A stretch of 64,000 nucleotides of DNA from an uncultured bacterium (GTDB lineage Bacteria; Armatimonadota; Hebobacteria; Hebobacterales; Hebobacteraceae), in the NCBI GenBank assembly GCA_964559435.1, contig CAZLHI010000001.1:103168-167167 (forward strand), written 5' to 3'. Below are positions 1 through 9,024 of this stretch, one piece after another (the stretch's first letter is position 1; the number at the start of each line of letters is the position of its first letter). A model generated the notes under the pieces. That model made no database searches and was not told the origin of the DNA. It saw nothing but the letters and a program-made list of their open reading frames with translations. The position numbers and the translations under genes are program-made.

Positions 1-339
1 ACCGCTATCCAGGCCTGTCTCGCTAATGAAGTGGTGAAGGGGTATTCGGATGGCCGCTTCCGGCCAGGTAGCGTCGTTCAGCGCGACGAGATGACCGTCT
101 TCATCTCCCGCGCGGAGGGCTGGGTCGGCATCGATGAGCCCATGGACACCGAAGATCAGCTGTTCCTGGATGTGTGGGAGAGCTACTGGTGTGGCAAAGC
201 GATAAAGGCCTGCATCGATCACGGGGTCGTCAAGGGCTACCCCGACGGTTTCTACCGGCCCTACCTGGCGGTGACCCGCGACCAGATGGCGGTGTTTGTC
301 TACCGCGCCTTCTCCGACGAGTGGCCGTTGTGGCCGTGA
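1..339 (+). CDS. SLH-domain cell-surface protein, C-terminal fragment (5' end lies outside the window)
   Basis: Frame 1 is open from nt 1 (TAIQACLANEVVKGYSDGRFRP...). It has two S-layer-homology repeats (VKGYxDGxFRP ... RDEMTVFISRA / RDQMAVFVYRA). Stop TGA is at 337-339. The GTG at 31 in the ORF track is probably internal. Confidence 0.8.
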   Translation, partial: TAIQACLANEVVKGYSDGRFRPGSVVQRDEMTVFISRAEGWVGIDEPMDTEDQLFLDVWESYWCGKAIKACIDHGVVKGYPDGFYRPYLAVTRDQMAVFVYRAFSDEWPLWP

Positions 340-358
340 GCACGGCCGTCTAAGAGAC

Positions 359-388
359 AAGAGGGCGGGCCGGGCGGCCCGCCCTCTT
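359..388. terminator. Bidirectional terminator-like hairpin between convergent genes
   Basis: Perfect 13-bp inverted repeat AAGAGGGCGGGCC / GGCCCGCCCTCTT with a 4-nt loop, lying between the stops at 339 (+) and 419 (-). A T-rich run (TTGTCTCTTA) follows on the minus strand. Confidence 0.6.
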
Positions 389-418
389 CCGTTCCAACTT
401 GCCGCAGGCCAGACGTGG

Positions 419-670
419 CTACCCCTCGTCCCGGCCTTGCCATGCCGGTTGCCGCGCCAGCCATTGTCGGGCCTTCTCTTTCGCCGCGTCTTCCTGCAGG
501 CCCTCGGTACGGACGATGAAGGCCGTCATCGACTCCAGCTTCTCTTCGTATGACTGCATACCGCCATCCGGCCGCGCGCAGTAGATGCAGTAGTCTTTGC
601 TGTCGTCGCCGCCGGCGTGATCTTCCGGCTTCTCCATCGGCATTCCGCAGGCGATGCAACGTGGGCTCAT
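419..670 (-). CDS. Small zinc-ribbon protein (83 aa)
   Basis: N-terminal CxxC...CxxC (CIACGMP ... YCIYC) followed by a helical tail. ATG start. Resembles the 'putative zinc ribbon' small-protein family. Confidence 0.6.
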   Translation of the reverse strand: MSPRCIACGMPMEKPEDHAGGDDSKDYCIYCARPDGGMQSYEEKLESMTAFIVRTEGLQEDAAKEKARQWLARQPAWQGRDEG

Positions 671-898
671 GGCCGCCTCCTGGGTGGCGCTTCGGGCATA
701 CCTTCGGCGGGGCGCGGGCGTGCCCTGCCAGGCGGGAACTCAGCGGGCAGGGGTCGGACTTCTGAGGCCGGAGGGAGCGACAAGACGGACCACATGCTAC
801 GAACTTTCCGGCCTGCAATGGCGTCTAATAAGACAGAGAGCCCTTTGCCTGCTCTCCGTGCGCGGTGCCGCGGCGGGGAGCGAAAGCGAGGTGGTGGT

Positions 899-3289
899 AT
901 GACTGGCGCTAAGTCTGTGCTGGTCGCCGTAGCTATTGCGCTCGCTCTCCTGGTGGTTCTCCATGTGCCCGCCGGCGCAGAGGATCTGCCGGCCTTCGCG
1001 TATGCGTACGGACAGCCGGCCTTCGAGCCGATAGACGAACACGTCACGGGCCCCTGGGGCAGCGACGCCCGGGAGGCGCCTCCTCCGCTGGCCGTCGACG
1101 GTTCCCACATTCTCCTCGGCGGCCTCGACATCGACCGCTTCGGCCGGGACGGAGCCTGGGTCGGCTTCTGGCCCTTCTCTTCTTCCGCACACGGACTGGG
1201 TGATCTCGACCCATACCTCTCGTTGGCCTGGCATCACTGGGTCAGGGACCTGGACATCGGGCCGTCGGGCGATGTCTACGCATTGGATCAGGACTACGCC
1301 TGCATCCACCATTACAGCAATGAGGGGGACTTCCTCGGCGGCTGGGGAGGCAGACCAGGCGACAGGCTAAGGGGCTTCTACCATCCGACGGCGGTCTGCG
1401 TGGGACCCGACGCGTCTGTGTATGTGCTCGACGCGGGGCCAGGCCGCATCAAGCGATTCAGCCCCGATGGGGAGTCCCTTGGGATGTGGAACACGCCCAT
1501 CGGCGACGGGACGCTTGTCTGCGCGGCCCTTGACATCGCCGCCGGCTCGAGCGGAGTCTGGCTGCTGAACGCAACCAAAGACTACTACGGGACTACCGAG
1601 GACTGCCGGATCCATCGCTACTCCCCGGACGGACTGGAGCAAGCGAACTGGAGCCTCGGGGCCGCCGAAGGGCGGCAGATACAGGTGGACAGCGATGGGC
1701 ATGTCTGGGCCCTCTTCAGGCTCGACGGCATCCCCCACCTGTGCCAGTATGACGCGAGCGGCACGCTCCTCTCTGAGGTCGCGATCGACGAACATACCGA
1801 AGCGTTTGCGATCAGCCCCGACTCTCGGCTCTATCTATTGGCACGCCAGGTCTGGACCTCGGCAACGTACCACTCGTTCGAGTATGTCTGCTACCGCATC
1901 GAGGTGAAGGACTTCGGGGGCGCCCTGTTACAGACGTTCGGCGATCAGGCGGACATGGCGACGCGCGGCACGAGTGCATGGGGCCGGGGACTTGTGGTGA
2001 CGCCGGAAGGGCACAGTTATGCCTTTGAGCGATTCAACGAATGGTACTACGGCTATTCGGCCCACTATGACGCAGAGGGTCACCTCGTCGAGGTCATCGA
2101 GACCAACCACGCGCCCTTTTACGATCCCGTCACGGACACGGTCGTGTTCCTCGCGGAGTGGCCCGGGATCCCTGGACCGGATGGCGACTACTACTCGCTC
2201 AGCTACTGGGAGTACGTTGATCCCCGGTGGACTGCGACCATATCGAGGCACTCCGCTGAGGGCGAGCTGATCGACACACTCACGGTGCCGGGGCCGATGG
2301 GTGACGGAGGCCTCGAGGAGTCGTCGGCGGGCCTCGTCTTCGACGCTGATGGGGACTTCGTCATAGTTCTGCTCCTGGTGGACATTGAGTACTACGATAA
2401 GAGCGTCCTCTGGGGTGCGACCGTGACCACCTCTGGTGAGCTTGTCCGGTCGTGGACTCTGGACCCCGGTCCGGACGCCTGGTGCGTCACTGCTCTGACA
2501 GTGGACGGCGGACGCAACCTCTACCTCGCTCTCGATCGGAGCAGCGGATGCTCAATCGAGAAGTACTCGCCGGGCGGGGCACTGATCGGCCGAATCGGTG
2601 AATACGGTTGGCACTCCTATGCGCACGCAGTCGGCGACATGCACCTCGATGAAGGAGGGCGGCTGCGGGTGTTGGACGAGGCGGCGAATCGCATTCTCGT
2701 GTTCGCCTATACGCCCGGACCGTTTCCGGATGTGCCGTACTGGCACTGGGCGAAGGACGCCGTGGCCGCCGCCTTTGGCGCCGGTGTGATCGCGGGATAC
2801 GAAGACGGGCTCTACCATCCAGAGCTAGTTGTTTCCCGCGATCAGATGGCGGCCTACATCGCGCGCGCTTGCGCCGGCGGTGACGACAACGTGCCGCCTG
2901 GCCCCGCGGCGCCGACGTTCCAGGACGTGCCGGCAGACAACTGGGCCTATGACTACGTGGAGTACTGCGCGGCCGCGAAGATCGTCGAAGGCGTCGAGGT
3001 TGACCAATACGCACCGGGCCTGACCGTGGATCGCGCGCAAATGGCGGTCTACATCGCGCGCTCGATAGTCGAGCCCACCGGCGAAGAGGGCCTCGCCGAC
3101 TACGACCCCGGAGGGGGCCAGCACTTCCTCGACGTCCCAACAGACTACTGGGCCTACAAGCACATCGAATTCGTCGCAGATGCCGGCGTTGTGAGAGGCT
3201 ATCCAGACGGCACGTACAGACCTCGGGATAGCGTCACCCGCGACCAGATGGCCGTCTACATAGCGAGGGCCTTCCATCTCATGATCTGA
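899..3289 (+). CDS. Secreted NHL-repeat beta-propeller protein with three C-terminal SLH domains
   Basis: ATG at 899 is preceded by GAGGTGG and is followed by a signal-peptide-like MTGAKSVLVAVAIALALLVVLHVPAGA. NHL-like repeats are present (VYVLDAGPGRIKRFSPDG, LYLALDRSSGCSIEKYSPGG, LRVLDEAANRILVF). Three SLH repeats are present (FxDVP..xWAxxxV......GYxDGxYxP...V(T/S)RDQMA(A/V)YIARA). The 94 codons upstream in the ORF track lack coding features. Confidence 0.85.
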   Translation: MTGAKSVLVAVAIALALLVVLHVPAGAEDLPAFAYAYGQPAFEPIDEHVTGPWGSDAREAPPPLAVDGSHILLGGLDIDRFGRDGAWVGFWPFSSSAHGLGDLDPYLSLAWHHWVRDLDIGPSGDVYALDQDYACIHHYSNEGDFLGGWGGRPGDRLRGFYHPTAVCVGPDASVYVLDAGPGRIKRFSPDGESLGMWNTPIGDGTLVCAALDIAAGSSGVWLLNATKDYYGTTEDCRIHRYSPDGLEQANWSLGAAEGRQIQVDSDGHVWALFRLDGIPHLCQYDASGTLLSEVAIDEHTEAFAISPDSRLYLLARQVWTSATYHSFEYVCYRIEVKDFGGALLQTFGDQADMATRGTSAWGRGLVVTPEGHSYAFERFNEWYYGYSAHYDAEGHLVEVIETNHAPFYDPVTDTVVFLAEWPGIPGPDGDYYSLSYWEYVDPRWTATISRHSAEGELIDTLTVPGPMGDGGLEESSAGLVFDADGDFVIVLLLVDIEYYDKSVLWGATVTTSGELVRSWTLDPGPDAWCVTALTVDGGRNLYLALDRSSGCSIEKYSPGGALIGRIGEYGWHSYAHAVGDMHLDEGGRLRVLDEAANRILVFAYTPGPFPDVPYWHWAKDAVAAAFGAGVIAGYEDGLYHPELVVSRDQMAAYIARACAGGDDNVPPGPAAPTFQDVPADNWAYDYVEYCAAAKIVEGVEVDQYAPGLTVDRAQMAVYIARSIVEPTGEEGLADYDPGGGQHFLDVPTDYWAYKHIEFVADAGVVRGYPDGTYRPRDSVTRDQMAVYIARAFHLMI

Positions 3290-3349
3290 GATCTGCCGCC
3301 CACAACACAGGCCTTGGGGTCCCCAGGGACCAGATGACGACACGTGGTG

Positions 3350-3381
3350 GCGAAGGGCAGGCTTAGCAGCCTGTCCTTCGC
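3350..3381 (+). terminator. Terminator-like hairpin after the NHL/SLH gene
   Basis: GCGAAGGGCAGGCT-TAGC-AGCCTGTCCTTCGC: a 14-bp stem (one G-T pair) with a 4-nt loop, 60 nt after the stop. No strong U-tract. Confidence 0.5.
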
Positions 3382-3485
3382 GTAGGCCTGCCTCGGTTCG
3401 GCCTTTGTCTCTGCAAACACTCATTCGCCGTTTATCTGTTTGGCTTTCAAGCGCATTTTCTGTCCCCCGATCACCCGTTTGGCTA

Positions 3486-3516
3486 TTGACATACCCGGGG
3501 GGCTGTGTGGTATGGT
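3486..3516 (+). promoter_or_regulatory. Candidate sigma70-type promoter of the dcw operon
   Basis: TTGACA (3486-3491), a 19-nt spacer, then TGgTATGGT (extended -10, hexamer 3511-3516), in the AT-richer gap upstream of mraZ. Confidence 0.35.
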
Positions 3517-3534
3517 TGTCCACCATGTCCCCTG

Positions 3535-3557
3535 GAACGGGGGAGAACGGGGGAGAA
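3535..3557 (+). promoter_or_regulatory. Exact 10-bp tandem direct repeat (GAACGGGGGA x2.3), candidate MraZ operator
   Basis: GAACGGGGGA GAACGGGGGA GAA lies between the promoter-like element and the mraZ ATG. The period is one helical turn. Confidence 0.35.
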
Positions 3558-3605
3558 TTCCCTGATCCGCAAGGACGGAAGAGGCGAGGGAGAGTTCGCA
3601 CGAAG

Positions 3606-4031
3606 ATGCTGACCGGAGAGTTTCTGCATCAGCTTGACGACCGAGGGCGGGTGGCCGTTCCCCGAGCCCACCGAGAGATCATGCAGCACGGCGGCTTCGT
3701 GACGCGCGGCTGGTATGGCTGCCTCTTTCTATTCCCGTGGGAGGAGTGGCGGAAGATAGAAGACCGCCTGAAACAAGTTCGAATCACCGACGTCAAGTGG
3801 GACGTGGTCAAGCAGTTCTTCAGCAGCGGCGCGAAAGTTTTCCTGGACCGCCAGGGCCGGATCAACATTCCGGCCGCGCTCCGCGAATACGCCGGCATCG
3901 ATGGGGACGTAGTCGTGCGAGGGGTCATCGACCGGATCGAGATATGGGGCAAGGACCGCTGGGTTTCATATCAGCAGGAGGAGTTTACACCCGAACGGAT
4001 GATGGAGAAGGCCGCTGAGATTGGGATCTGA
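3606..4031 (+). CDS. mraZ: Transcriptional regulator MraZ
   Basis: 142 aa from the in-frame ATG at 3606. Two MraZ/SpoVT-AbrB half-domains are present (LDDRGRVAVP ... LDRQGRINIP). It is the first gene of the dcw cluster. The ORF-track N-terminal extension is non-homologous. Confidence 0.93.
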   Translation: MLTGEFLHQLDDRGRVAVPRAHREIMQHGGFVTRGWYGCLFLFPWEEWRKIEDRLKQVRITDVKWDVVKQFFSSGAKVFLDRQGRINIPAALREYAGIDGDVVVRGVIDRIEIWGKDRWVSYQQEEFTPERMMEKAAEIGI

Positions 4032-4974
4032 TACATGGGAGGGAGAAAGCGCAGAAGAGCCGGCAGAGCACCGGCCGGTCCTCGTGGAGGAGACCTTAGA
4101 GTATCTCGCAGCGGAGCCAGGCGATCTATTAGTTGATGCAACAGTCGGTAGTGGCGGGCATGCGGCGGCGATACTCGAGCGGATAAAGCCTGGCGGCCGG
4201 TTGATCGGGATCGACCGAGACCCGGAAGCGATAGAGAGAGCGAAGACACGGCTGGCCGGAGAGCCGATCACTCTGGTAAACGATAACCACGCGCGATTGG
4301 AGGTGATCTTAGACGAACTCGGGATAGACGCAGTGGACGGGGTCCTCGTCGACTGCGGCGTGTCCCTCGAGCAACTGACGACCGGCCGACGCGGCTTCAG
4401 CTTTCGACTCGACGGGCCGCTCGACATGAGGATGGACCCTACGCAAGAAACCAGTGCGGCCGATCTCGTGAACAAATTGCCAGAGCAAGACTTGTCTGGA
4501 ATCCTCTGGAGATACGGAGGGGAACGGCGGGCGCGAAGAATCGCAAGAGCGATAGTAGCAGCAAGGCAGCAACATCCCATCACAACCACAGCACAGCTCG
4601 CAGCAACCATCGCAGCAGCAGTTCCACGGCGGGCGCACCCGAGACGCCTGCACGCAGCCACGAAGTCCTTCATGGCGCTGAGGGTAGCCGTAAACGACGA
4701 GCTCGGGGCGCTTCGCGAAGTACTCGACGCAGCAATCCGTCGCACTAGAGCTCGCGGCAGAATCGTAGTACTGACGTACCACAGTCTCGATGGCGGTGAA
4801 ACAAAGGGGGCTTTCCGCCAGGGCAGCGATCGCAGCAGGCGCCCGCCTCCCCCCTCCGGAGAGGGTCCTCGAGTGAGGGTCTTGACCAAGAAAGCTGTCA
4901 AGCCGTCGGAGCGCGAGATCAGAGAGAACCCTCGCGCGCGGTCAGCGACTCTGCGAGCAGCAGAGAAGCTGTAA
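4021..4974 (+). CDS. rsmH: 16S rRNA (cytosine1402-N4)-methyltransferase RsmH
   Basis: HRPVLVEETLEYL...DATVGSGGHAAAIL SAM-binding signature. TTG start overlaps the mraZ stop by 11 nt. Position is canonical. Confidence 0.93.
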   Translation: MGSDTWEGESAEEPAEHRPVLVEETLEYLAAEPGDLLVDATVGSGGHAAAILERIKPGGRLIGIDRDPEAIERAKTRLAGEPITLVNDNHARLEVILDELGIDAVDGVLVDCGVSLEQLTTGRRGFSFRLDGPLDMRMDPTQETSAADLVNKLPEQDLSGILWRYGGERRARRIARAIVAARQQHPITTTAQLAATIAAAVPRRAHPRRLHAATKSFMALRVAVNDELGALREVLDAAIRRTRARGRIVVLTYHSLDGGETKGAFRQGSDRSRRPPPPSGEGPRVRVLTKKAVKPSEREIRENPRARSATLRAAEKL

Positions 4975-5084
4975 GTGGGAGAATCACCGCGGCGCAATCG
5001 TGTCGCACGAAGTAGCTGACGTGAGAGCTGCCGCGGAAGCCAAGAAAAGAACATAGTTAGTAAGGAAGCAGGGCGGCGGGTAGC

Positions 5085-5606
5085 ATGAGATCGCAGCAAG
5101 TGTTGTCGCAGTGCCGGGCATGGGAACTGCCCATATCCTCCAAGCAACAGCCAAGCAGTCCGACGCAACGTCAACCGGTAGGACTCGAAGCAGGGATTGC
5201 AGCAGTGCTGCTCGCCGCCCTAGGCTTCGCCCTCATACTGGGCTACGCCGCGGCCTCCGCCACCATCACGCGCAACGGCTACGTCGAGATGGGGCTGCGC
5301 GAGGAGATCGAGGATCTGCGTGCACAGAGTGCTCTTCTTCGCTATCAGATCCACCTGGCGGAATCCGGCGAGCGAATCCGGGAAGTCGCCGCTCGCCTCG
5401 GTCTCGAACCCGCGCATCCCTTTGACGAAGTCGACTACGTGCTTCTCCCCCAGCCCGCCCCGGGAGACGTGAGCCGGCTGGCTGCGGCTGAGGGACAAGA
5501 GGAATCGGCCGGAATAGCGTCGGTGTTGGCGGAGCTCGCAGCAGGAGTCGTGACCAGCACCGCAGGCCGTGCGGAGGCGAGTACGGCTCCAGGCCACCGC
5601 CCCTAG
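5085..5606 (+). CDS. ftsL: FtsL-like cell-division protein
   Basis: Single TM helix (GIAAVLLAALGFALILGYAAA) followed by a coiled-coil-like stretch (LREEIEDLRAQSALLRYQIHLAE). It occupies the canonical slot between rsmH and ftsI. Sequence alone is weakly diagnostic. Confidence 0.6.
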   Translation: MRSQQVLSQCRAWELPISSKQQPSSPTQRQPVGLEAGIAAVLLAALGFALILGYAAASATITRNGYVEMGLREEIEDLRAQSALLRYQIHLAESGERIREVAARLGLEPAHPFDEVDYVLLPQPAPGDVSRLAAAEGQEESAGIASVLAELAAGVVTSTAGRAEASTAPGHRP

Positions 5607-5646
5607 GCGGTGGCCTTTTGTGTGGCCGGACTTTTGGGATCCTGTC

Positions 5647-7407
5647 ATGAAGTACGTAGGATGCAGACAAATATCTCGACGGGGCAAGGTCTGGGCGGTC
5701 ATAGCGATCGCCTGTTTCGCAGGGCTGGGTTACAGGCTCTACCGCATTCAGATCATCGATCACGGCAGGCTCTCCGGCAAAGCCTTGAAGATACGCGAAC
5801 GATGCTGGTCGATCGAGGCGCCGCGAGGCAACATCTACGACCGCAATGGCAATCCTCTCGCGCTGAATCTCAAGCTCTTCTCTGTGGCCGCCGACCCGGA
5901 ACTGGTGAAGCGGCCAGCCGAGGTGGCGGCAGATCTCGGCCCCTTACTTCGCATGGACGAGGCACCTCTTGCCACGAAGCTCGCCGCAGGCGATGGGGTA
6001 AGATATGTTCTTCTGCAGGATTGGGTGGACGCGCCCGCGGCCGATGCCATCCGACAGCTCGAATGCGCCGGGCTGATTGTCAGCACGCGGTGGAAGCGCG
6101 CCTATCCTCACGCACACCTCGCGGCGTCGCTGCTCGGCTTTGTCAACCGCGACAGCACTGCTCTTGGAGGCATCGAGAAAGCGCTGGACGATCGCCTGGC
6201 GGGCGCCGACGGCGAGATGCTGGTGGTGCTCGACGGCCGGCTGCCGCGCTCGCGTGCCCTGATACCCCAGCGAACCATCGTGACCCGACAGATGAGACCG
6301 GGCAGCAGTGCCGTTCTCACCTTGGATCTCGATATTCAAGCGATTGCCGAGGAAGAGCTGGTCAAGGCGGTCGAGAACGCACGCGCGGCCGGCGGGACGG
6401 CGCTCGTGATGGAACCGAACACCGGCGACGTTCTCGCACTCGCAACTCGGCCGGGCTTCGATCCCAACGAGTTCTGGCGGTACCCTCGTCAGACGTGGGT
6501 CAACCCGGCCGTGGCCAGTCCCTACGAACCGGGGTCGACCTTCAAGGTCATCACGGCGTGCGCGGCCATCGAAGAGGGAGTCATGAGCCGCGGCGAGAGG
6601 TACGACTGCTCTGGCAGTCGGTCGATAGGCCGACGCAAGATCAGCTGCGCCCTGCATGGCGGCACCAGAGCGCACGGGACGCTGGACCTCGACGGCATGA
6701 TCGTGCACTCCTGCAACACGGGCATCGCCTCCGTCGCCTCGAGCCTTGGTTCAGACCGCATGAACGCGTGGCTCCAACGCTTTGGCTTCGGCCAGGAGAC
6801 GGGCATCGAGCTGGCCGGTGAGTCGCGCGGGATCTTGCCTCCACCAGACGAATGGTCCCGCATGAGGCTGGCCAACATCGGGTTCGGCCAGGGCATCAGC
6901 GTCACGCCGCTGCAGCTCTTGTCCGCCTATTGCGCAATAGCCAACGGTGGCTGGCTCGTCCGACCCCGATTGCTTAGGGCGATCATGCATCCAGATGGAG
7001 CAACCGAGCACGCGGGCCGCCCCCAGCCAGAGCACATTCTCTCCGAGGCCACGTGCGAGCGCATGCGGCGTGTGATGACCCGGGTGGTCGAAGAAGGCAC
7101 GGGCAAGACTGCCCGCGTGCCCGGTCGCACCGTTGCAGGCAAGACGGGAACGGCGCAAAAGCCCACACCCGAGGCGGGCTTCAAGTCCGGGAAGTACATA
7201 GCTTCCTTCGCCGGGTTCGCGCCGGCAGAGGACCCGAAGATAGCCGTGCTAGTGATAATCGACGAACCTCGCAGAGCGCACTACGGGGGGATCGTGGCGG
7301 CCCCCGCCTCTCGCGCAATCTGCGAGCGGGCCCTGACCCACCTGCGCGTGCCGCCGGCGACACCGGGGGCGCAAATCGACCTGGCGATGGCCGACAGGGG
7401 TCGCTGA
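5647..7407 (+). CDS. ftsI: Class B penicillin-binding protein (peptidoglycan D,D-transpeptidase FtsI)
   Basis: ATG at 5647 gives MKYVGCRQISRRGKVWAVIAIACFAGLGYRLY (TM anchor). SxxK (GSTFKV), SxN (HSCN) and KTG (GKTGTA) motifs are present. Confidence 0.93.
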   Translation: MKYVGCRQISRRGKVWAVIAIACFAGLGYRLYRIQIIDHGRLSGKALKIRERCWSIEAPRGNIYDRNGNPLALNLKLFSVAADPELVKRPAEVAADLGPLLRMDEAPLATKLAAGDGVRYVLLQDWVDAPAADAIRQLECAGLIVSTRWKRAYPHAHLAASLLGFVNRDSTALGGIEKALDDRLAGADGEMLVVLDGRLPRSRALIPQRTIVTRQMRPGSSAVLTLDLDIQAIAEEELVKAVENARAAGGTALVMEPNTGDVLALATRPGFDPNEFWRYPRQTWVNPAVASPYEPGSTFKVITACAAIEEGVMSRGERYDCSGSRSIGRRKISCALHGGTRAHGTLDLDGMIVHSCNTGIASVASSLGSDRMNAWLQRFGFGQETGIELAGESRGILPPPDEWSRMRLANIGFGQGISVTPLQLLSAYCAIANGGWLVRPRLLRAIMHPDGATEHAGRPQPEHILSEATCERMRRVMTRVVEEGTGKTARVPGRTVAGKTGTAQKPTPEAGFKSGKYIASFAGFAPAEDPKIAVLVIIDEPRRAHYGGIVAAPASRAICERALTHLRVPPATPGAQIDLAMADRGR

Positions 7408-7455
7408 TAGCCTCTGGAATGCGCGGTAGGCCTCCGCTGCGGCACGAGGCCTGAG

Positions 7456-7464
7456 TGCTATAAT
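7456..7464 (+). promoter_or_regulatory. Extended -10 element (TGcTATAAT), candidate internal promoter ahead of murE
   Basis: A perfect TATAAT (7459-7464) with a TG at -15/-14 sits in the 84-nt ftsI-murE gap, just after a 7-bp hairpin (AGGCCTC...GAGGCCT, 7430-7454). No good -35. Confidence 0.3.
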
Positions 7465-7491
7465 CACCTATGAGAGAGGGTCTGCCCTGCT

Positions 7492-9024
7492 GTGAGCAGC
7501 CGGAATTCGCCCCGGGAACGGGGCGTGCCATTCGAATCGCTCTTTGCCCAGGCCGGCGGTGTGAAGTTCGTCGGCGATCCGCAGGTGAGGGTGGCGGGCA
7601 TCGCCTATGACTCCCGAAGAGTCGCTCCAGGTTATGCCTTTGTCGCCATCCGCGGCCAGCGCGCTGACGGGCACGACTTCATAGCCGAAGCAGTTGCAGA
7701 CGGCGCAACGGCCCTCGTGGTCGATGCAGACCGCGAGGCCGGTCTCTCGCCCCCTCCCCATGGTGCAATCGCTGTGGTGGCCGATTCTCGTGCGGCTATG
7801 GCCTCGATGGCTCGCGCGTTCTACGAGGATCCGTCCAGCCGACTTACCCTGGCAGGGGTCACCGGCACAAACGGCAAGAGCACGACGGCACTTATGATCG
7901 ACTCGATCTTTCGCGCCGCCGGGCACAAGAGCGGCGTGATCGGCACGCTTGAGTACCGAATCGGCGATCGCCGAATGAGGGCGCCACACACGACTCCGGA
8001 GGCAGTAGATCTTCAGAGCCTCCTGGCCGAGATGGTCGAAGAAGGCGTGACCCACGCGGCGATGGAGGTTTCCTCCCACGCGCTGGCACTCCACCGGGCG
8101 GACGGCTGCCGATTTGCTGCGGCGGTCTTCACGAACCTGACGCCGGAGCACCTCGACTTCCATGCTGACATGGCGGACTACCTTGCGGCCAAGCGCCGCC
8201 TCTTCCAGGACCCGCAGCACCTGCCGGCCGAGGGCGAGCGCGTGAACGCTGTGAACATCGACGATGAGGCGGGAAGATTGATCGCCGAGAAAGCTGTCGG
8301 CCATACTCTGACCTACGGGCTCTCGAGTGAGGCCCACTGCCGAGCCGAGCATATCGACCTCCGCTCCAATGGCACTGACTTCCTCGCCGTGCATCCCGCC
8401 GGCCGTGTGCCGATCCGTATGCACCTCATGGGTGAGTTCAATGTCTACAACGCGCTCGGGGCGCTCGCCGCCTGCATCGGTCTCGGCATACCAGCGGATA
8501 TCGCCTGCTCCGCCATCCAGCAGATGCAACCGGTGCGCGGCCGCTTCGAGCGAGTACCCAGCGACATCCGCAGTGTTCTCGTTGACTACGCTCACTCGCC
8601 TGACGGCCTGCGTCGCGCCCTGGAGACGGCACGGAAGTTGACGGAAGGCCGAGTAATCGTGGTCTTCGGATGCGGCGGCGACCGGGACAGGACAAAAAGG
8701 CCCGTCATGGGCGAGCTGGCCAGCCGCCTGGCAGACACGTGCGTTATCACTTCGGACAACCCCCGAACTGAGCGTCCGGAGGCGATAATCGGCGAGATAC
8801 TGGCCGGCATCCCCAAGGAAACACGTGCAGGGTGTCACGTTGAATCCGACCGTGCCGCGGCGATACGCCTCGCAATCGAAGATGCCAGCCCCGAGGACCT
8901 CGTGCTCATCGCCGGCAAGGGCCACGAAGACTACCAGATCTTTGCCGATAGAACCGTTCACTTCGATGACCGAGAAGTCGCGGCCAAGGTGCTCCAGGAA
9001 CTCGCGGGAGGGACAGGTGCCTGA
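7492..9024 (+). CDS. murE: UDP-N-acetylmuramoyl-L-alanyl-D-glutamate--2,6-diaminopimelate ligase MurE
   Basis: GTG start. Mur ligase P-loop GVTGTNGKSTT is present, as is the DNPR motif (ITSDNPRTE) typical of meso-DAP-adding MurE. Confidence 0.95.
   Translation: MSSRNSPRERGVPFESLFAQAGGVKFVGDPQVRVAGIAYDSRRVAPGYAFVAIRGQRADGHDFIAEAVADGATALVVDADREAGLSPPPHGAIAVVADSRAAMASMARAFYEDPSSRLTLAGVTGTNGKSTTALMIDSIFRAAGHKSGVIGTLEYRIGDRRMRAPHTTPEAVDLQSLLAEMVEEGVTHAAMEVSSHALALHRADGCRFAAAVFTNLTPEHLDFHADMADYLAAKRRLFQDPQHLPAEGERVNAVNIDDEAGRLIAEKAVGHTLTYGLSSEAHCRAEHIDLRSNGTDFLAVHPAGRVPIRMHLMGEFNVYNALGALAACIGLGIPADIACSAIQQMQPVRGRFERVPSDIRSVLVDYAHSPDGLRRALETARKLTEGRVIVVFGCGGDRDRTKRPVMGELASRLADTCVITSDNPRTERPEAIIGEILAGIPKETRAGCHVESDRAAAIRLAIEDASPEDLVLIAGKGHEDYQIFADRTVHFDDREVAAKVLQELAGGTGA

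Noticed and set aside
3966-5174. A 402-aa minus-strand ORF antisense to rsmH.
   Set aside because: Same reasoning as above: rsmH on the plus strand is certain, and the antisense translation is Ser/Arg/Ala-rich with no recognisable fold.
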